A DNA stretch of 64,000 bases from Minisyncoccia bacterium (GTDB lineage Bacteria; Patescibacteriota; Minisyncoccia; Phycocordibacterales; UBA9973). The stretch covers positions 13,131-77,130 of the forward strand of contig CBFIGQ010000047.1 of assembly GCA_965662335.1 (NCBI GenBank), read 5' to 3'. This document shows, one piece after another, positions 1 to 9,966 of this stretch. The notes below the pieces were generated by a model, which was not told the origin of the DNA, searched no databases, and was given only the letters and a program-made list of their open reading frames with translations. Positions within the stretch are counted from its first letter, which is position 1. Each line of letters opens with the position of its first letter. The translations under genes and the position numbers were made by a program.

Positions 1-24
1 TTCGTTATATTCAAGCATGCTCAT
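1..24 (-). CDS. 5' end of a gene running off the window (MSMLEYNE...), possibly elongation factor P
   Basis: ATG just downstream of recA; only 8 codons visible; MLEYNE resembles Parcubacteria EF-P N-termini from memory. Confidence 0.3.
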
Positions 25-58
25 AGGTCTAGATCATAGCCGAAAAGGGAAGGAAAGT

Positions 59-1105
59 CTATTCTCCCGAACTGTCAGCCACAACCTCTTTCATGCGGGC
101 GCGAACATCTTTCATGATCTGGTCACGCACCTTGGTGTTATCTCGCATAAAGACGCGTGAGGCATCATACCCGCGGCCAAGTTTCACTTCCTCTTTGCCA
201 ATTGGGGCATAGGTGTATGAGGTGCCACTTTTTGTAATCACTCCGAGCTTTTCACCGAGCGCGAGGAGCTCGCCTTCAAGGCTGATACCTTCACCATAGA
301 TGATGTCGAACTCAGTTTGCTTAAACGGCGCAGCAACTTTGTTTTTGACAACTTTGACACGAGTACGAGAGCCGACAACTTCATCTCCTTTTTTGATCTG
401 TGCGATACGACGGATATCAAGACGTACCGACGTATAGAACTTGAGTGCCTTTCCGCCCGGAGTAGTCTCTGGGTTTCCAAACATGACCCCTATCTGCATA
501 CGGATCTGGTTGATAAAGATAACAATAGTCTTTGATTTATGAACAATGGCAGTGAGCTTACGCAGTGCCTGAGACATAAGGCGGGCTTGGCGACCAACGT
601 GTTGCTGATCCATATCGCCTTCGATCTCAGCTTTTGGCGTCAGTGCTGCTACTGAGTCGATCACAACTACATCAATCTTGCCAGACCGAATAAGACTCTC
701 TGCGATGTCGAGTGCTTGCTCACCTGTGTCAGGTTGGGAGATGAGGAGTTCGTTGGTCTTGACCCCGATATTGTGCGCATAGTCAGGATCCATTGCGTGT
801 TCTGCATCAATATAGGCACAAATACCGCCTGTCTTTTGCGCCTCTGCTACGACATGGAGGGCAAGGGTAGTCTTACCACTTGATTCTGGTCCAAATATTT
901 CGATGATGCGGCCGCGAGGAAGGCCTCCGATACCGAGCGCGATATCGAGGCCAATAGAACCAGTTGAAACAGTCCCAATGTCTACTTTTGGGGTTTCTCC
1001 AAGTTTCATAATGGCGCCCTCACCAAACTTGGTTTGGATAGAACGAATAGTTTCTTCGACTGATGACGCGTCAGAGTGTGCAGCTTTTGATACTTTTTTT
1101 GGCAT
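59..1105 (-). CDS. recA: Recombinase RecA
   Basis: GPESSGKTT Walker A, IDSVAAL Walker [22 protein letters not shown] signatures. Confidence 0.99.
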   Translation of the reverse strand: MPKKVSKAAHSDASSVEETIRSIQTKFGEGAIMKLGETPKVDIGTVSTGSIGLDIALGIGGLPRGRIIEIFGPESSGKTTLALHVVAEAQKTGGICAYIDAEHAMDPDYAHNIGVKTNELLISQPDTGEQALDIAESLIRSGKIDVVVIDSVAALTPKAEIEGDMDQQHVGRQARLMSQALRKLTAIVHKSKTIVIFINQIRMQIGVMFGNPETTPGGKALKFYTSVRLDIRRIAQIKKGDEVVGSRTRVKVVKNKVAAPFKQTEFDIIYGEGISLEGELLALGEKLGVITKSGTSYTYAPIGKEEVKLGRGYDASRVFMRDNTKVRDQIMKDVRARMKEVVADSSGE

Positions 1106-1131
1106 AAAAATTATAAAAAAATTAGTAAGAC

Positions 1132-1548
1132 TTACTGAAAGGCAGAACCGATAGTAGTAGCGACAGCAGCAGGAGGGTTGACCACGACATGGTATGTCTT
1201 GACCTTTTTCTTCCCAAACTGGTCTTGGAGAGCAACTTCAACAATATTATATCCCGGCGAGAGCAATATCTCATCACTAAACTTTCCAGCGCGATCTACA
1301 GCTACTTGGCGCCCATTGATCTCAAGTGTGCGTGCATGGCGAGCAGTTCCGCTTATCGGAAGGATAGGGCTCGAAAGAGTAGCACCGTCACTAGTAGCAC
1401 TTACTTCAATAGGTGCACCAATGAGGAGGTCTCGCATGTTAAAGCAAATGAGACCCAAAACACCAATGCCTAGCAGTATGTATAGCCCAAATCTGGGCCC
1501 AGGGAGTGATTTCTTCATTCTTCGTAAATACCTCGAGGGATTGTTCAT
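1132..1548 (-). CDS. Membrane-anchored small Ig-like (glucodextranase-B-like) protein typical of CPR
   Basis: N-terminal TM helix then '[15 protein letters not shown]...L.PGYNI.EV...DQFG' pattern; start taken as the ATG right after the ftsK stop. Confidence 0.7.
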   Translation of the reverse strand: MNNPSRYLRRMKKSLPGPRFGLYILLGIGVLGLICFNMRDLLIGAPIEVSATSDGATLSSPILPISGTARHARTLEINGRQVAVDRAGKFSDEILLSPGYNIVEVALQDQFGKKKVKTYHVVVNPPAAVATTIGSAFQ

Positions 1549-1549
1549 A

Positions 1550-3673
1550 TTATATACCCATTTCATCTGCAATGGAATCGCTCACTGCGCCACCAGGAAT
1601 CTTTCCTTCGAGTATTTCTCGAGGTTTGGATCCATTTGCAGGGCCAATGACTCCTCGCTGCTCGAGTAGGTCAATGATACGCGCTGCACGACCATACCCA
1701 AGACTGAGCTTACGCTGTAACAGGGATGTAGATGCTTTATTGTTTTCTAGTATACACTGCCTTGCTTCTTCGTAGAGAGGATCATCATCTCCATTATCCT
1801 CAATAGAGTCGCTAAACATTGCCTTATCGCCACTTACACTACCCGAGAGCTCGATTGTATCGCGCACGTCATCTTTGAAGGCATTTTTGAGGTATCCGAC
1901 CACACTTTTTACTTCATCCTCTGAGATAAATGCTGACTGGAGGCGCTCTGGCTGATTACTTTCCACAAGGGCAAGCATATCTCCGTAGCCGAGAAGCTTT
2001 TCCGCACCAGTAGTGTCGAGAATGGTGCGAGAGTCGATACCGGTCGGGACACGGAGCGCGATACGAGACGGCACGTTTGCCTTGATCAGACCAGTGATGA
2101 CGTTTACTTCAGGGCGCTGGGTCGAGAGGATGAGATGGATACCCACTGCTCGAGACATTTGCGCAAGGCGCACGATAGCTGACTCAAGTTCTCGAGGGTA
2201 GGCCTGCATGATGTCGGCGAGCTCGTCGATGATGATGACGATATACGGCATACGATCGACTCCTTCGGTATTTTTGACGAAGTCTTGTGCATGCTTTTTA
2301 TGATAGCTTTCGATGTCACGCACTGACTCGCTTTCGAGGAGGTCATACCGTCTATTCATTTCAGTTGCAGCCCATTTGAGCGCCAGGATTGATTTCTTTG
2401 AATCAGTGATCACTGGAGAGAGGAGGTGTGGGATGCCGTTGTAGAGAGTGAGTTCGACGCGTTTTGGGTCGACAAAGATAAAGCGAAGGTCATCTGGTCC
2501 GTGACGATACAACAGGGAGGTAATAATGGCGTGAATAGTTACTGACTTACCAGAACCAGTCGTACCTGCAATGAGGAGGTGCGGCATCTTTGCAATGCTT
2601 CGGAGGACACTTTTGCCAGCAATGTTGCGTCCAAGTGCCACAGTAAGTGGGCGAGCCTGTGTAAAGGCTGGGTCACCGAGAAGACTCGCAAGTCCGACCG
2701 TTGCCTTAGTCTTATTTGGGATCTCGACTCCAACCAGACTTTTGCCAGGGATAGGAGCTTCGATACGGAGCGGGTGCGCAGCAAGGGTGAGGGCAAGGTC
2801 ATTTTGGAGCGCAACAATACGTGAGAGTTTGACACCTTGGGCAGGTTTTAGAGCATAGCGCGTGACTGTTGGACCTATAGTGATCTCATCCATTTCTACT
2901 TCAATACCAAAGTTGCCAAGTGTGCGACGAATATTGTTTGCGTTTTGCTTCACATCACCAACATTTGCCTTTCCTTTATCGCCTTCAAGGAGAGAAAGTG
3001 GTGGAGGGGTGTAGGAGCCGATAGGGCTCGTGCGTCTCTTGGTATCAAGGGTGAATTCTTGTGCTGAGGCGTCATTTACTTTGAGCTCAACTGGGCGCGG
3101 TGGTGAGAGAGGGCGAGAAGTTTCCTCATCTTCAGTATCAATTGCGCTTGGCTGCGGTTCTTCTTCATCAATCTCTACAGTATCACGTCTAAAGAGAGCG
3201 CGAAGGCGGTCCCAGAGGCTGCTAAAAAATGGCAAGAGTTCCGGTGTTCTATCAAAGAAGAGTGCAAAGGAAGATACGATAACGACGAGCAGTATGATAC
3301 TTGCAAATATCACATCAAACCCAGCAATGAGCGGAGTAGCAACAAGTGTTCCCACAAAGCCTCCGTAGCGAGTATTCTGCACTGAGAGAAAGGTGAGAAG
3401 CGCGATGAGTCCAAGCGATCCGGTAAGTACCTGTCGGGTAGTAACTTCAAGTCTTTTATTTCGTATAAGGAGTATTCCTGCAGTGAGAAGGGCAAGGGGG
3501 AGTAAAAGAGCACCAGCACCAAAGAGATAGTACCCAGCCTGGGCTATGACGTAGCCACCTGCACCTGCGCTTCCCATCATGCCGCCCAGCGCAATACATG
3601 CGATAAGGAGAAGGGCAAGGCCCAGGACAACAGTATTGGTACGGGATGATTGCTTTTGTTTTTTCTTAGCCAT
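1550..3673 (-). CDS. ftsK: DNA translocase FtsK/SpoIIIE
   Basis: N-terminal TM helices, HLLIAGTTGSGKS Walker A, IDELAD, STQRP, C-terminal gamma domain ASTSLLQRKLSLGYGRAARIID. Confidence 0.97.
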   Translation of the reverse strand: MAKKKQKQSSRTNTVVLGLALLLIACIALGGMMGSAGAGGYVIAQAGYYLFGAGALLLPLALLTAGILLIRNKRLEVTTRQVLTGSLGLIALLTFLSVQNTRYGGFVGTLVATPLIAGFDVIFASIILLVVIVSSFALFFDRTPELLPFFSSLWDRLRALFRRDTVEIDEEEPQPSAIDTEDEETSRPLSPPRPVELKVNDASAQEFTLDTKRRTSPIGSYTPPPLSLLEGDKGKANVGDVKQNANNIRRTLGNFGIEVEMDEITIGPTVTRYALKPAQGVKLSRIVALQNDLALTLAAHPLRIEAPIPGKSLVGVEIPNKTKATVGLASLLGDPAFTQARPLTVALGRNIAGKSVLRSIAKMPHLLIAGTTGSGKSVTIHAIITSLLYRHGPDDLRFIFVDPKRVELTLYNGIPHLLSPVITDSKKSILALKWAATEMNRRYDLLESESVRDIESYHKKHAQDFVKNTEGVDRMPYIVIIIDELADIMQAYPRELESAIVRLAQMSRAVGIHLILSTQRPEVNVITGLIKANVPSRIALRVPTGIDSRTILDTTGAEKLLGYGDMLALVESNQPERLQSAFISEDEVKSVVGYLKNAFKDDVRDTIELSGSVSGDKAMFSDSIEDNGDDDPLYEEARQCILENNKASTSLLQRKLSLGYGRAARIIDLLEQRGVIGPANGSKPREILEGKIPGGAVSDSIADEMGI

Positions 3674-3834
3674 GAACTACAAGAGTATATCACCGCTCTA
3701 AAGAGAAAACCATTGATTTATAAGGATTATTTGGACACGTCTCATAGATTGTGTAATCAGTCTATGTCCGTTATAATCGTTTTATATAGTTTTTGTATAA
3801 GACATATCTAGGACAGATATATAAGACAATATAT

Positions 3835-4449
3835 ATGGATAAATCACTCGCAATTCAAGCACAAAATGATCGTGCTAAAGGACAGAAACTCGTTGGAGCG
3901 CTGTACCTCGTGACAGAGCACCTTGCCGAATCTGATCCTTTGAGACAGAGAGTTCGCGCGCTCGCGCTTGCGCTTCTGCAGACATCTGAGCGGGTGAAGG
4001 CAGGAGAAGAGCTACTCACTCTGTTGGGTGCGGCAGTACTCGCGCGCACAATAAGTGAAAGAAATGTCTCACTTATTACGTACGAGCTACAGCTATATCT
4101 CCATACCCCTGATCAAGACTCGCAGACTCTGAGCAGTCTCTTTGAAAGACATCACGATGTCAAATCGGCAAGGTCACAGCCAAATAAAAGTCACACTTCT
4201 ATACATCAAGAACTTACTAGTAACACTGTCCAATACAAAACCAATACAAATAGTGACACTAAAAATAAAAGACAAGACCAGATACTGTCCTTTATCAATG
4301 ACCGTAAATCCGCAGCCATAAAAGACATTGCAACCCTCTTTCCTGAGGTGTCCGAAAAGACAATTCAGCGCGAACTCGGTACCCTTGTTGCGCTTGGAAA
4401 GATCAATAAACGGGGTAGTAAGCGCTGGAGTCTGTACATGGCAATTTAG
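3835..4449 (+). CDS. Helical-bundle plus C-terminal DeoR-like winged-HTH protein
   Basis: C-terminal RQDQIL..I...IKDIA...VSEKTIQREL..LV..G.I...G.KRWS.Y wHTH; start set at MDKSL. Confidence 0.75.
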   Translation: MDKSLAIQAQNDRAKGQKLVGALYLVTEHLAESDPLRQRVRALALALLQTSERVKAGEELLTLLGAAVLARTISERNVSLITYELQLYLHTPDQDSQTLSSLFERHHDVKSARSQPNKSHTSIHQELTSNTVQYKTNTNSDTKNKRQDQILSFINDRKSAAIKDIATLFPEVSEKTIQRELGTLVALGKINKRGSKRWSLYMAI

Positions 4450-4582
4450 GCTTTTGCTGTAAGGTTTTCAGTATGCACGCGTCACTACTAGTAGGTGGCA
4501 CCTGCCATTTCTTTTGCATCAAAAGAGACCCTTCGTAGCTACTAGGCGCTTTGTGCGCTTTGTGGTACTATTGAGGCTATCT

Positions 4583-4872
4583 TTTGCACCTCCACAAGAG
4601 GAGCAAAAGTATGGTGGTAGTTCCACCAGGACTGCTCGTTAAAAATCCTATAGCGACTTATACATTTATAAGATCGGTATGCTTTTTTGGCGGCAGTTCG
4701 GTTCGTTCACCTTCTGTAAAAAGAAGGCGTTCGATATCGGCCTTGTCGACACGGCAGATACTGCAGCTCGTTACTGCAGTCTGCAATTAGCTAACCCGTG
4801 GTATGTCCGGAGGTGATAAAGACTTCTTGGCACACTACAAACGCTTCATCTCATATATATAGTGAGCAAGCG
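4583..4872 (+). promoter_or_regulatory. Long structured 5' leader of the S-layer-like gene
   Basis: TGTGG-TACTAT -10-like box at ~4561-4571 followed by about 7 consecutive hairpins before the ATG at 4895. Confidence 0.55.
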
Positions 4873-4894
4873 ATTACAAAGAATTAATTAAACT

Positions 4895-6889
4895 ATGAAA
4901 AAGACTTTTAAATTTCTCGTAGCTACCGTTGCACTCGTTGCTGTTATGGCAATCGGATCTGCAAAGGCAGCGTACGTTCACACTGGTCTTCTCAAAATGG
5001 GAATGACTAGTTCACAGGTTATGAGTCTTCAACAGACTCTTAACTCAAACGGCTTCTTGGTTTCTACTACCGGTGCTGGTTCTCCAGGAATGGAATCTAT
5101 GTACTTCGGTTCAAAGACCAAGTCAGCTGTAATGGCATTCCAGTCAGCAAAGGGACTCAAGGCTGACGGTATCGTTGGTGTTCAGACTGGTACAGCTCTC
5201 GCAGCTCTTACTGGTGGTTCAGTTGCGCTTCCAGCAGGTTGTACTTCAACTTCTGGCTACTCAACTACTACAGGTCAGCCATGTACATCAACAGCTAACT
5301 ACCCTGCAGGTTGTACTTCATCTGTTGGATACTCTCCAACAACTGGTCAGCCATGTAACGGTTCTACTAACGGTGGAACAAACGGTCCTCTTAGTGGTAC
5401 TGCTGGTGACATCACTGTTTCTTCATATAACTCAGGTCTTGAGACTCAAGTTGGTGAAGGAATGACTAACGCAAAGGTTGTCGGATTCGAAGTTGAGGCA
5501 GACGCTGGTTCAGATGTTTCTCTTAACTCTGTAAAGGTTACTCTCCAAAAGAGTAGTGGTCCAGGTTCAACTCGTCTTACACGATACGCTGACACTGTTT
5601 CTATTTGGGATGAAAACGGCAACAAAGTTGGTTCAGCTAGTGCATCTGACTTCTCTGAGTCATCAAACGTATACACTCGCTCAATCCCTCTTTCAAACGT
5701 TGTGATCCGAGCAGATCAAAAGATGCGTTTCTACGTAGCAGTATCTGCTGTTGATAACATTGACTCAAATGATCAGAGTACTTACTGGTCAGTAAAGGAA
5801 TCAGCTATCCGCTTTACAGATGCTTCAGGTGCTATCCTTACAACAGACTCATCTAATGACGTTAGTAAGACTTTCCAGTTCACTTCTCTTGCAACAGCTA
5901 GTGATGTAGAACTCAAGGTTAACCTTTCAAGTTCAAACCTCAAGGCTCAGACTGTAAAGGTGTCTACTACTGCTCAGACCAACAATGTTGAACTTCTTAA
6001 GTTCACTATGAAGGCACAAGGATCAAGTATGCACATCGATCAGATCCCAGTACTCCTCACTTCAGGAACTACTGGTGTATCTTCTGTAACTGGAAACGTT
6101 ACTCTTAAGATCGACGGACAGTCATACAGTGAATCAGTTTCTGGTTCTGGTACTGGTATTACCGTTCTCTTCAACGATCTCGGCCTCGACATCGCTGCAG
6201 ACGACACTATCACTGGTACTGTTACTGCTGACATCAACGCTCTTACAGGAAACTACGCTCAGGGAGAAACTCTCTACGCGTCTATCCCTTCATCATATGT
6301 AACCGCTACAAGTGGTAACTACATTGATGTTGAAGACAAGAACGGTGATCAGCTCGTAACTGGTGACCGATCAGGTTCAGCTATCGGTGAGGCTATGACC
6401 TTCCGATCAACTGGTGTAAACGTAGTAATGGGTTCTGCATCTATTGCATACACACCAAACAGTGGAAATACTGGTTCATATGACTCAGCTACTTACACAA
6501 TTCCTGTGTCTGTAACGTCATTCGGTAATACACTTTACCTTAGTCAGACTGTAGAGTTGGGATCAACTGTTACTGGATCAAACGCATTCGCAGTTGCATT
6601 CCAGAAGTCTTCAGCTCCATCTACAGACGTAGTATCAGGTGTTACAGCTACTTACACGCTTGCAACATCAGATGCTACTCTTGAGAGTGGTGCATACCGT
6701 CTTGACGATGGTCAAACCAAGCACTTCACAGTTACTGTTAACCTCTTCGGTGGAAACACTGCAGCGGCATACCGTGTAGCGCTCAAGCAGATCCAGACAT
6801 TTGCAACTTCTGCACTTGTAACTGGTACTAAGCAGACACTACTTCCTGTTGAACAGTTCCAGACTAACTACCAGAACATCATTAAATAA
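4895..6889 (+). CDS. Secreted S-layer-like surface protein with N-terminal peptidoglycan-binding domain
   Basis: Signal peptide; PG_binding_1-like LKMG..SSQVMSLQ..L...FG.KT..AV.AFQ...GL.ADGIVG; two PAGCTS..GYS.TTGQPC repeats; Ser/Thr-rich beta domains; strongly biased codon usage suggests high expression. Confidence 0.8.
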   Translation: MKKTFKFLVATVALVAVMAIGSAKAAYVHTGLLKMGMTSSQVMSLQQTLNSNGFLVSTTGAGSPGMESMYFGSKTKSAVMAFQSAKGLKADGIVGVQTGTALAALTGGSVALPAGCTSTSGYSTTTGQPCTSTANYPAGCTSSVGYSPTTGQPCNGSTNGGTNGPLSGTAGDITVSSYNSGLETQVGEGMTNAKVVGFEVEADAGSDVSLNSVKVTLQKSSGPGSTRLTRYADTVSIWDENGNKVGSASASDFSESSNVYTRSIPLSNVVIRADQKMRFYVAVSAVDNIDSNDQSTYWSVKESAIRFTDASGAILTTDSSNDVSKTFQFTSLATASDVELKVNLSSSNLKAQTVKVSTTAQTNNVELLKFTMKAQGSSMHIDQIPVLLTSGTTGVSSVTGNVTLKIDGQSYSESVSGSGTGITVLFNDLGLDIAADDTITGTVTADINALTGNYAQGETLYASIPSSYVTATSGNYIDVEDKNGDQLVTGDRSGSAIGEAMTFRSTGVNVVMGSASIAYTPNSGNTGSYDSATYTIPVSVTSFGNTLYLSQTVELGSTVTGSNAFAVAFQKSSAPSTDVVSGVTATYTLATSDATLESGAYRLDDGQTKHFTVTVNLFGGNTAAAYRVALKQIQTFATSALVTGTKQTLLPVEQFQTNYQNIIK

Positions 6890-6924
6890 GTAATTATTTA
6901 AGTTGTATCTAGTATCTAGATCAC

Positions 6925-6952
6925 AAAAAACCACCCTCCGGGGTGGTTTTTT
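6925..6952 (+). terminator. Intrinsic terminator
   Basis: AAAAAACCACCC-TCCG-GGGTGGTTTTTT. Confidence 0.85.
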
Positions 6953-6975
6953 GTATTTCTGCTATACTCAGCAAT

Positions 6976-8976
6976 ATGTTAAAAAATTCCTTTTTGAAGC
7001 GGACGGTCTTGATCACTGTGTTAGTGATACCGATAGTATGTTTCAAAGCGCTCGTCTTCCCTCATGTAACGAGTAAGGCGTATCTGTTTTATGGGCTCGT
7101 AGAAATCATCACAGCAGTATGGGTGTATGTCGTGTTGGTTGATCCGACTTGCCGGATAAGCCGAAGAGCGTTACTTTGGCTTATTCCATTTGGAGCATAT
7201 ATGGTGTGGCTTACTATTGCGGGCATGCTTTCTTTTAATCCACATCTTTCTGTATGGTCATCTCTCATGCGAGGAACGGGTCTTTTGACACTGTGGCATG
7301 GTTTTCTATTTATTCTCGTCCTTATGTCGCTTGTACAAAAATATGGAAAAGTATTTATATATACGGTGATGCAGTACACAGTCGCTGCGGGTGCCGTAGT
7401 GGGTGCGAGTATCTGGTTTGGAGATGAAGGACTTCGAGTACCTATTTCAGTACTACAAAAGGGAAGCGGGGGAGGGGTCGTAGGTAACTCATCACTTGCA
7501 GCAGCGTATCTGCTCTTTGTTGTTGCGTTTGCGTTGATACTTGTGTGTGCAAAAGAACTCAAACAAAAATGGTGGATATATCTATCACTTTTCATCATTA
7601 TTGGATCTCCGATTTTTATAAACATCATCGGACTGTGTAGGGGGATAGGGCTACTTGGAAGTGCTCGAGCTGCAACTGCTGCTATAGGGATAGGTGCAGT
7701 AGTGTCGGCGCTTGTACTACTCGTACTTTCACCTTCAAAAACTCGCAAAGTAATAGGTTGGTCAGGTATTGCTGCCGGTGTTGTTGTGTTTGTAGTGGTA
7801 TGGAGCCAGCTCATGACCTCAGGCACTGCAATTCATACCAAATTTATTTCTGAAACTTCTGATGCTCGGTTTATATTTTGGAATATTGCTCAAAATGCAA
7901 TGGATGAGCGACCACTACTTGGATACGGGCCAGAAAATTTCTCTATAGCAGTGCAGCGTCATTTTGATCCACAGCTCCTGTCAAAGGATTCTGGATTTGA
8001 GGTATGGAGCGATCGAGCTCATAACATATACTACGATACCGGTGTCTCGGGAGGGTATCCGGCAATTGTGTTATATGCACTCCTGATTGCAAGTATGATA
8101 GCTGCAGCATACAAAGCGTATACCAAAGGATTTTATACACGAACAGAAGTTGCGGTTTTTACGGGGCTTGTTGTTGCCTATGTCGTGCAAAACCTTACGG
8201 TATTTGATGGATTTATGTCACTCTTTGTGCTCTATATAACACTTGCAGTACTCTACGGAGCATTTAGAACTACGGACACTTCAACATATATAGTAAGTGA
8301 TAGGTATAAACCTTTACTTCCTGTTTTTCTAGTTGCGGCACTAGTCGGAGCTTGGTATTTGAGCATTAGACCGATAGAAAAGGCGCATGCCTTTGGAGAT
8401 GTGCTCGGCGATGCAGTCAACAAAAGACCAGACAGATATAAGTCACTTTTGAACGGCGCGTCTGTTGGTAATGACTGGGATGTAAGCGGATTTGCCCATG
8501 ATGAATACAAACTCTATGCCAGAGATCCCCTTGCAGTAAAAAGCGATCAGAGGCTGCTCCCGTATGGCAAGAAAGATATTGATGCATTTATCGCCTATAT
8601 AGAAACCATAGCTAACACCAACAAGACGGACTATCGTCTCTACCTCAGTATTGTGCACTTGTATAGCACAAAGATATATCTCGGAGATATGCCGTATGAT
8701 AATGCACTTGCAGAAAAGATACAGAGCTATATCGATACTGGGCGCATGCTCGCGCCGCGCGATCCACAGCTCTACTGGGCAGATGCACAGCTAGCTGCTT
8801 GGAAAGGAGATATACAGGGTGTAGTTACTGCGTACCAAAAAGGTATTGAGCTAGATCCGACACTTGCACCGTCACATAGACTATTGGTTGGTTTTTTGAA
8901 GGATACCGGTAACCAAAAACTATATGAACAAGCGCTCAAGCAGGCTCGGCAGGACATACCTGGATTTACCTTATAA
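6976..8976 (+). CDS. O-antigen ligase / O-oligosaccharyltransferase-like (Wzy_C) membrane protein with C-terminal TPR-like region
   Basis: Many TM helices; R..FW..A...M.ERPLLGYGPENF and DRAHNIY motifs. Confidence 0.85.
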   Translation: MLKNSFLKRTVLITVLVIPIVCFKALVFPHVTSKAYLFYGLVEIITAVWVYVVLVDPTCRISRRALLWLIPFGAYMVWLTIAGMLSFNPHLSVWSSLMRGTGLLTLWHGFLFILVLMSLVQKYGKVFIYTVMQYTVAAGAVVGASIWFGDEGLRVPISVLQKGSGGGVVGNSSLAAAYLLFVVAFALILVCAKELKQKWWIYLSLFIIIGSPIFINIIGLCRGIGLLGSARAATAAIGIGAVVSALVLLVLSPSKTRKVIGWSGIAAGVVVFVVVWSQLMTSGTAIHTKFISETSDARFIFWNIAQNAMDERPLLGYGPENFSIAVQRHFDPQLLSKDSGFEVWSDRAHNIYYDTGVSGGYPAIVLYALLIASMIAAAYKAYTKGFYTRTEVAVFTGLVVAYVVQNLTVFDGFMSLFVLYITLAVLYGAFRTTDTSTYIVSDRYKPLLPVFLVAALVGAWYLSIRPIEKAHAFGDVLGDAVNKRPDRYKSLLNGASVGNDWDVSGFAHDEYKLYARDPLAVKSDQRLLPYGKKDIDAFIAYIETIANTNKTDYRLYLSIVHLYSTKIYLGDMPYDNALAEKIQSYIDTGRMLAPRDPQLYWADAQLAAWKGDIQGVVTAYQKGIELDPTLAPSHRLLVGFLKDTGNQKLYEQALKQARQDIPGFTL

Positions 8977-9009
8977 CTAATAAAACGCTCGGATTTCCGA
9001 GCGTTTTCA

Positions 9010-9861
9010 TTAAAAGAATTCTGTAATAATTAGGATACCACTGCTCCCATCTCCTCCATTTTTATTTACAGATGAATATCCATTTCCTCCACTGCCGCCA
9101 GAACCAAAACCTGTTGCGCTATATCCGTCTCGACTAGAATTACTTGCAACAGATACTGCACCTGCACCAAAAAATGAAGAAGCGCCACAATATAGTGGTT
9201 GGCCAGACCCTGTAGCACCTCCACTATTATTCCCGTGGAGATTAATATCTCCATTAACACCTACTCCGCCAGATGATCCATCGGTTGCAGAAATTATTGA
9301 TGTTTGCGCATTACCGCCTTCACCTCCTGAAGCAGAACAATGTATACCAAAAGAGCTTGTCTCTCCATTTTCACCTCTGGATTGAGGGGTACCTCCGTGT
9401 CCACCAATTCCAATAGTTATAATTTCCGTTGCTCCAAGTTCTGTTTCATTAATAATTTTTTTACAATATCCTCCAGCTGCTCCTGCACCACCGCCATAGT
9501 TATAACATCCTCCACCCCCTCCTCCACCTCCAACCATCTCAACAACGATGTATTTGAGTCCGGGTGGTTTGGTCCATACTGCATCTGTGGTGTAGACATG
9601 GACTTTTGGAATCGGTGAATTGAGCTGAATGTACGAGATGAAGTCATAGAATGAAACCTTGTGAATGATGGAATCATGCTGATCAAGGACGAGGATGTGC
9701 GTCGGAATACTTGCGTCTGGTATGGTATCTATACGAGCAGTACCGTGCACTTGAAATGCGGCGAGTGGGTCAATAGGTTGGCCTGGTGGCAAGTTTACTG
9801 CAACCTGAGCATGCGCGTACAGACAAAGGTACGTCAAAAAACCAAAAAGAATGTGTTTCAT
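9010..9861 (-). CDS. Secreted protein with Bacteroidota-like N-terminus and glycine-rich (tail-fibre-associated type) C-terminal domain
   Basis: MKHILF...YAHA/QVAVN signal; WTKPPGLKYIVVEMVGGGGGGGG...GDGSSGILIITEF Gly-rich domain. Confidence 0.75.
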   Translation of the reverse strand: MKHILFGFLTYLCLYAHAQVAVNLPPGQPIDPLAAFQVHGTARIDTIPDASIPTHILVLDQHDSIIHKVSFYDFISYIQLNSPIPKVHVYTTDAVWTKPPGLKYIVVEMVGGGGGGGGCYNYGGGAGAAGGYCKKIINETELGATEIITIGIGGHGGTPQSRGENGETSSFGIHCSASGGEGGNAQTSIISATDGSSGGVGVNGDINLHGNNSGGATGSGQPLYCGASSFFGAGAVSVASNSSRDGYSATGFGSGGSGGNGYSSVNKNGGDGSSGILIITEFF

Positions 9862-9966
9862 AATTGTATTGTTTTTAAAATGAGCAAAAATTTGACTACA
9901 GTGTATCGGGGAGTGATAAAGATTTAATAAACTTTTATTTTCTGGAGGGTGTAGTACTATAAGGCA

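Noticed and set aside
1178-3368. Plus-strand ORFs antisense to ftsK and neighbours (likewise 30968-31681 and 7089-7826)
   Set aside because: Shadow frames of well-supported genes with no recognisable motifs
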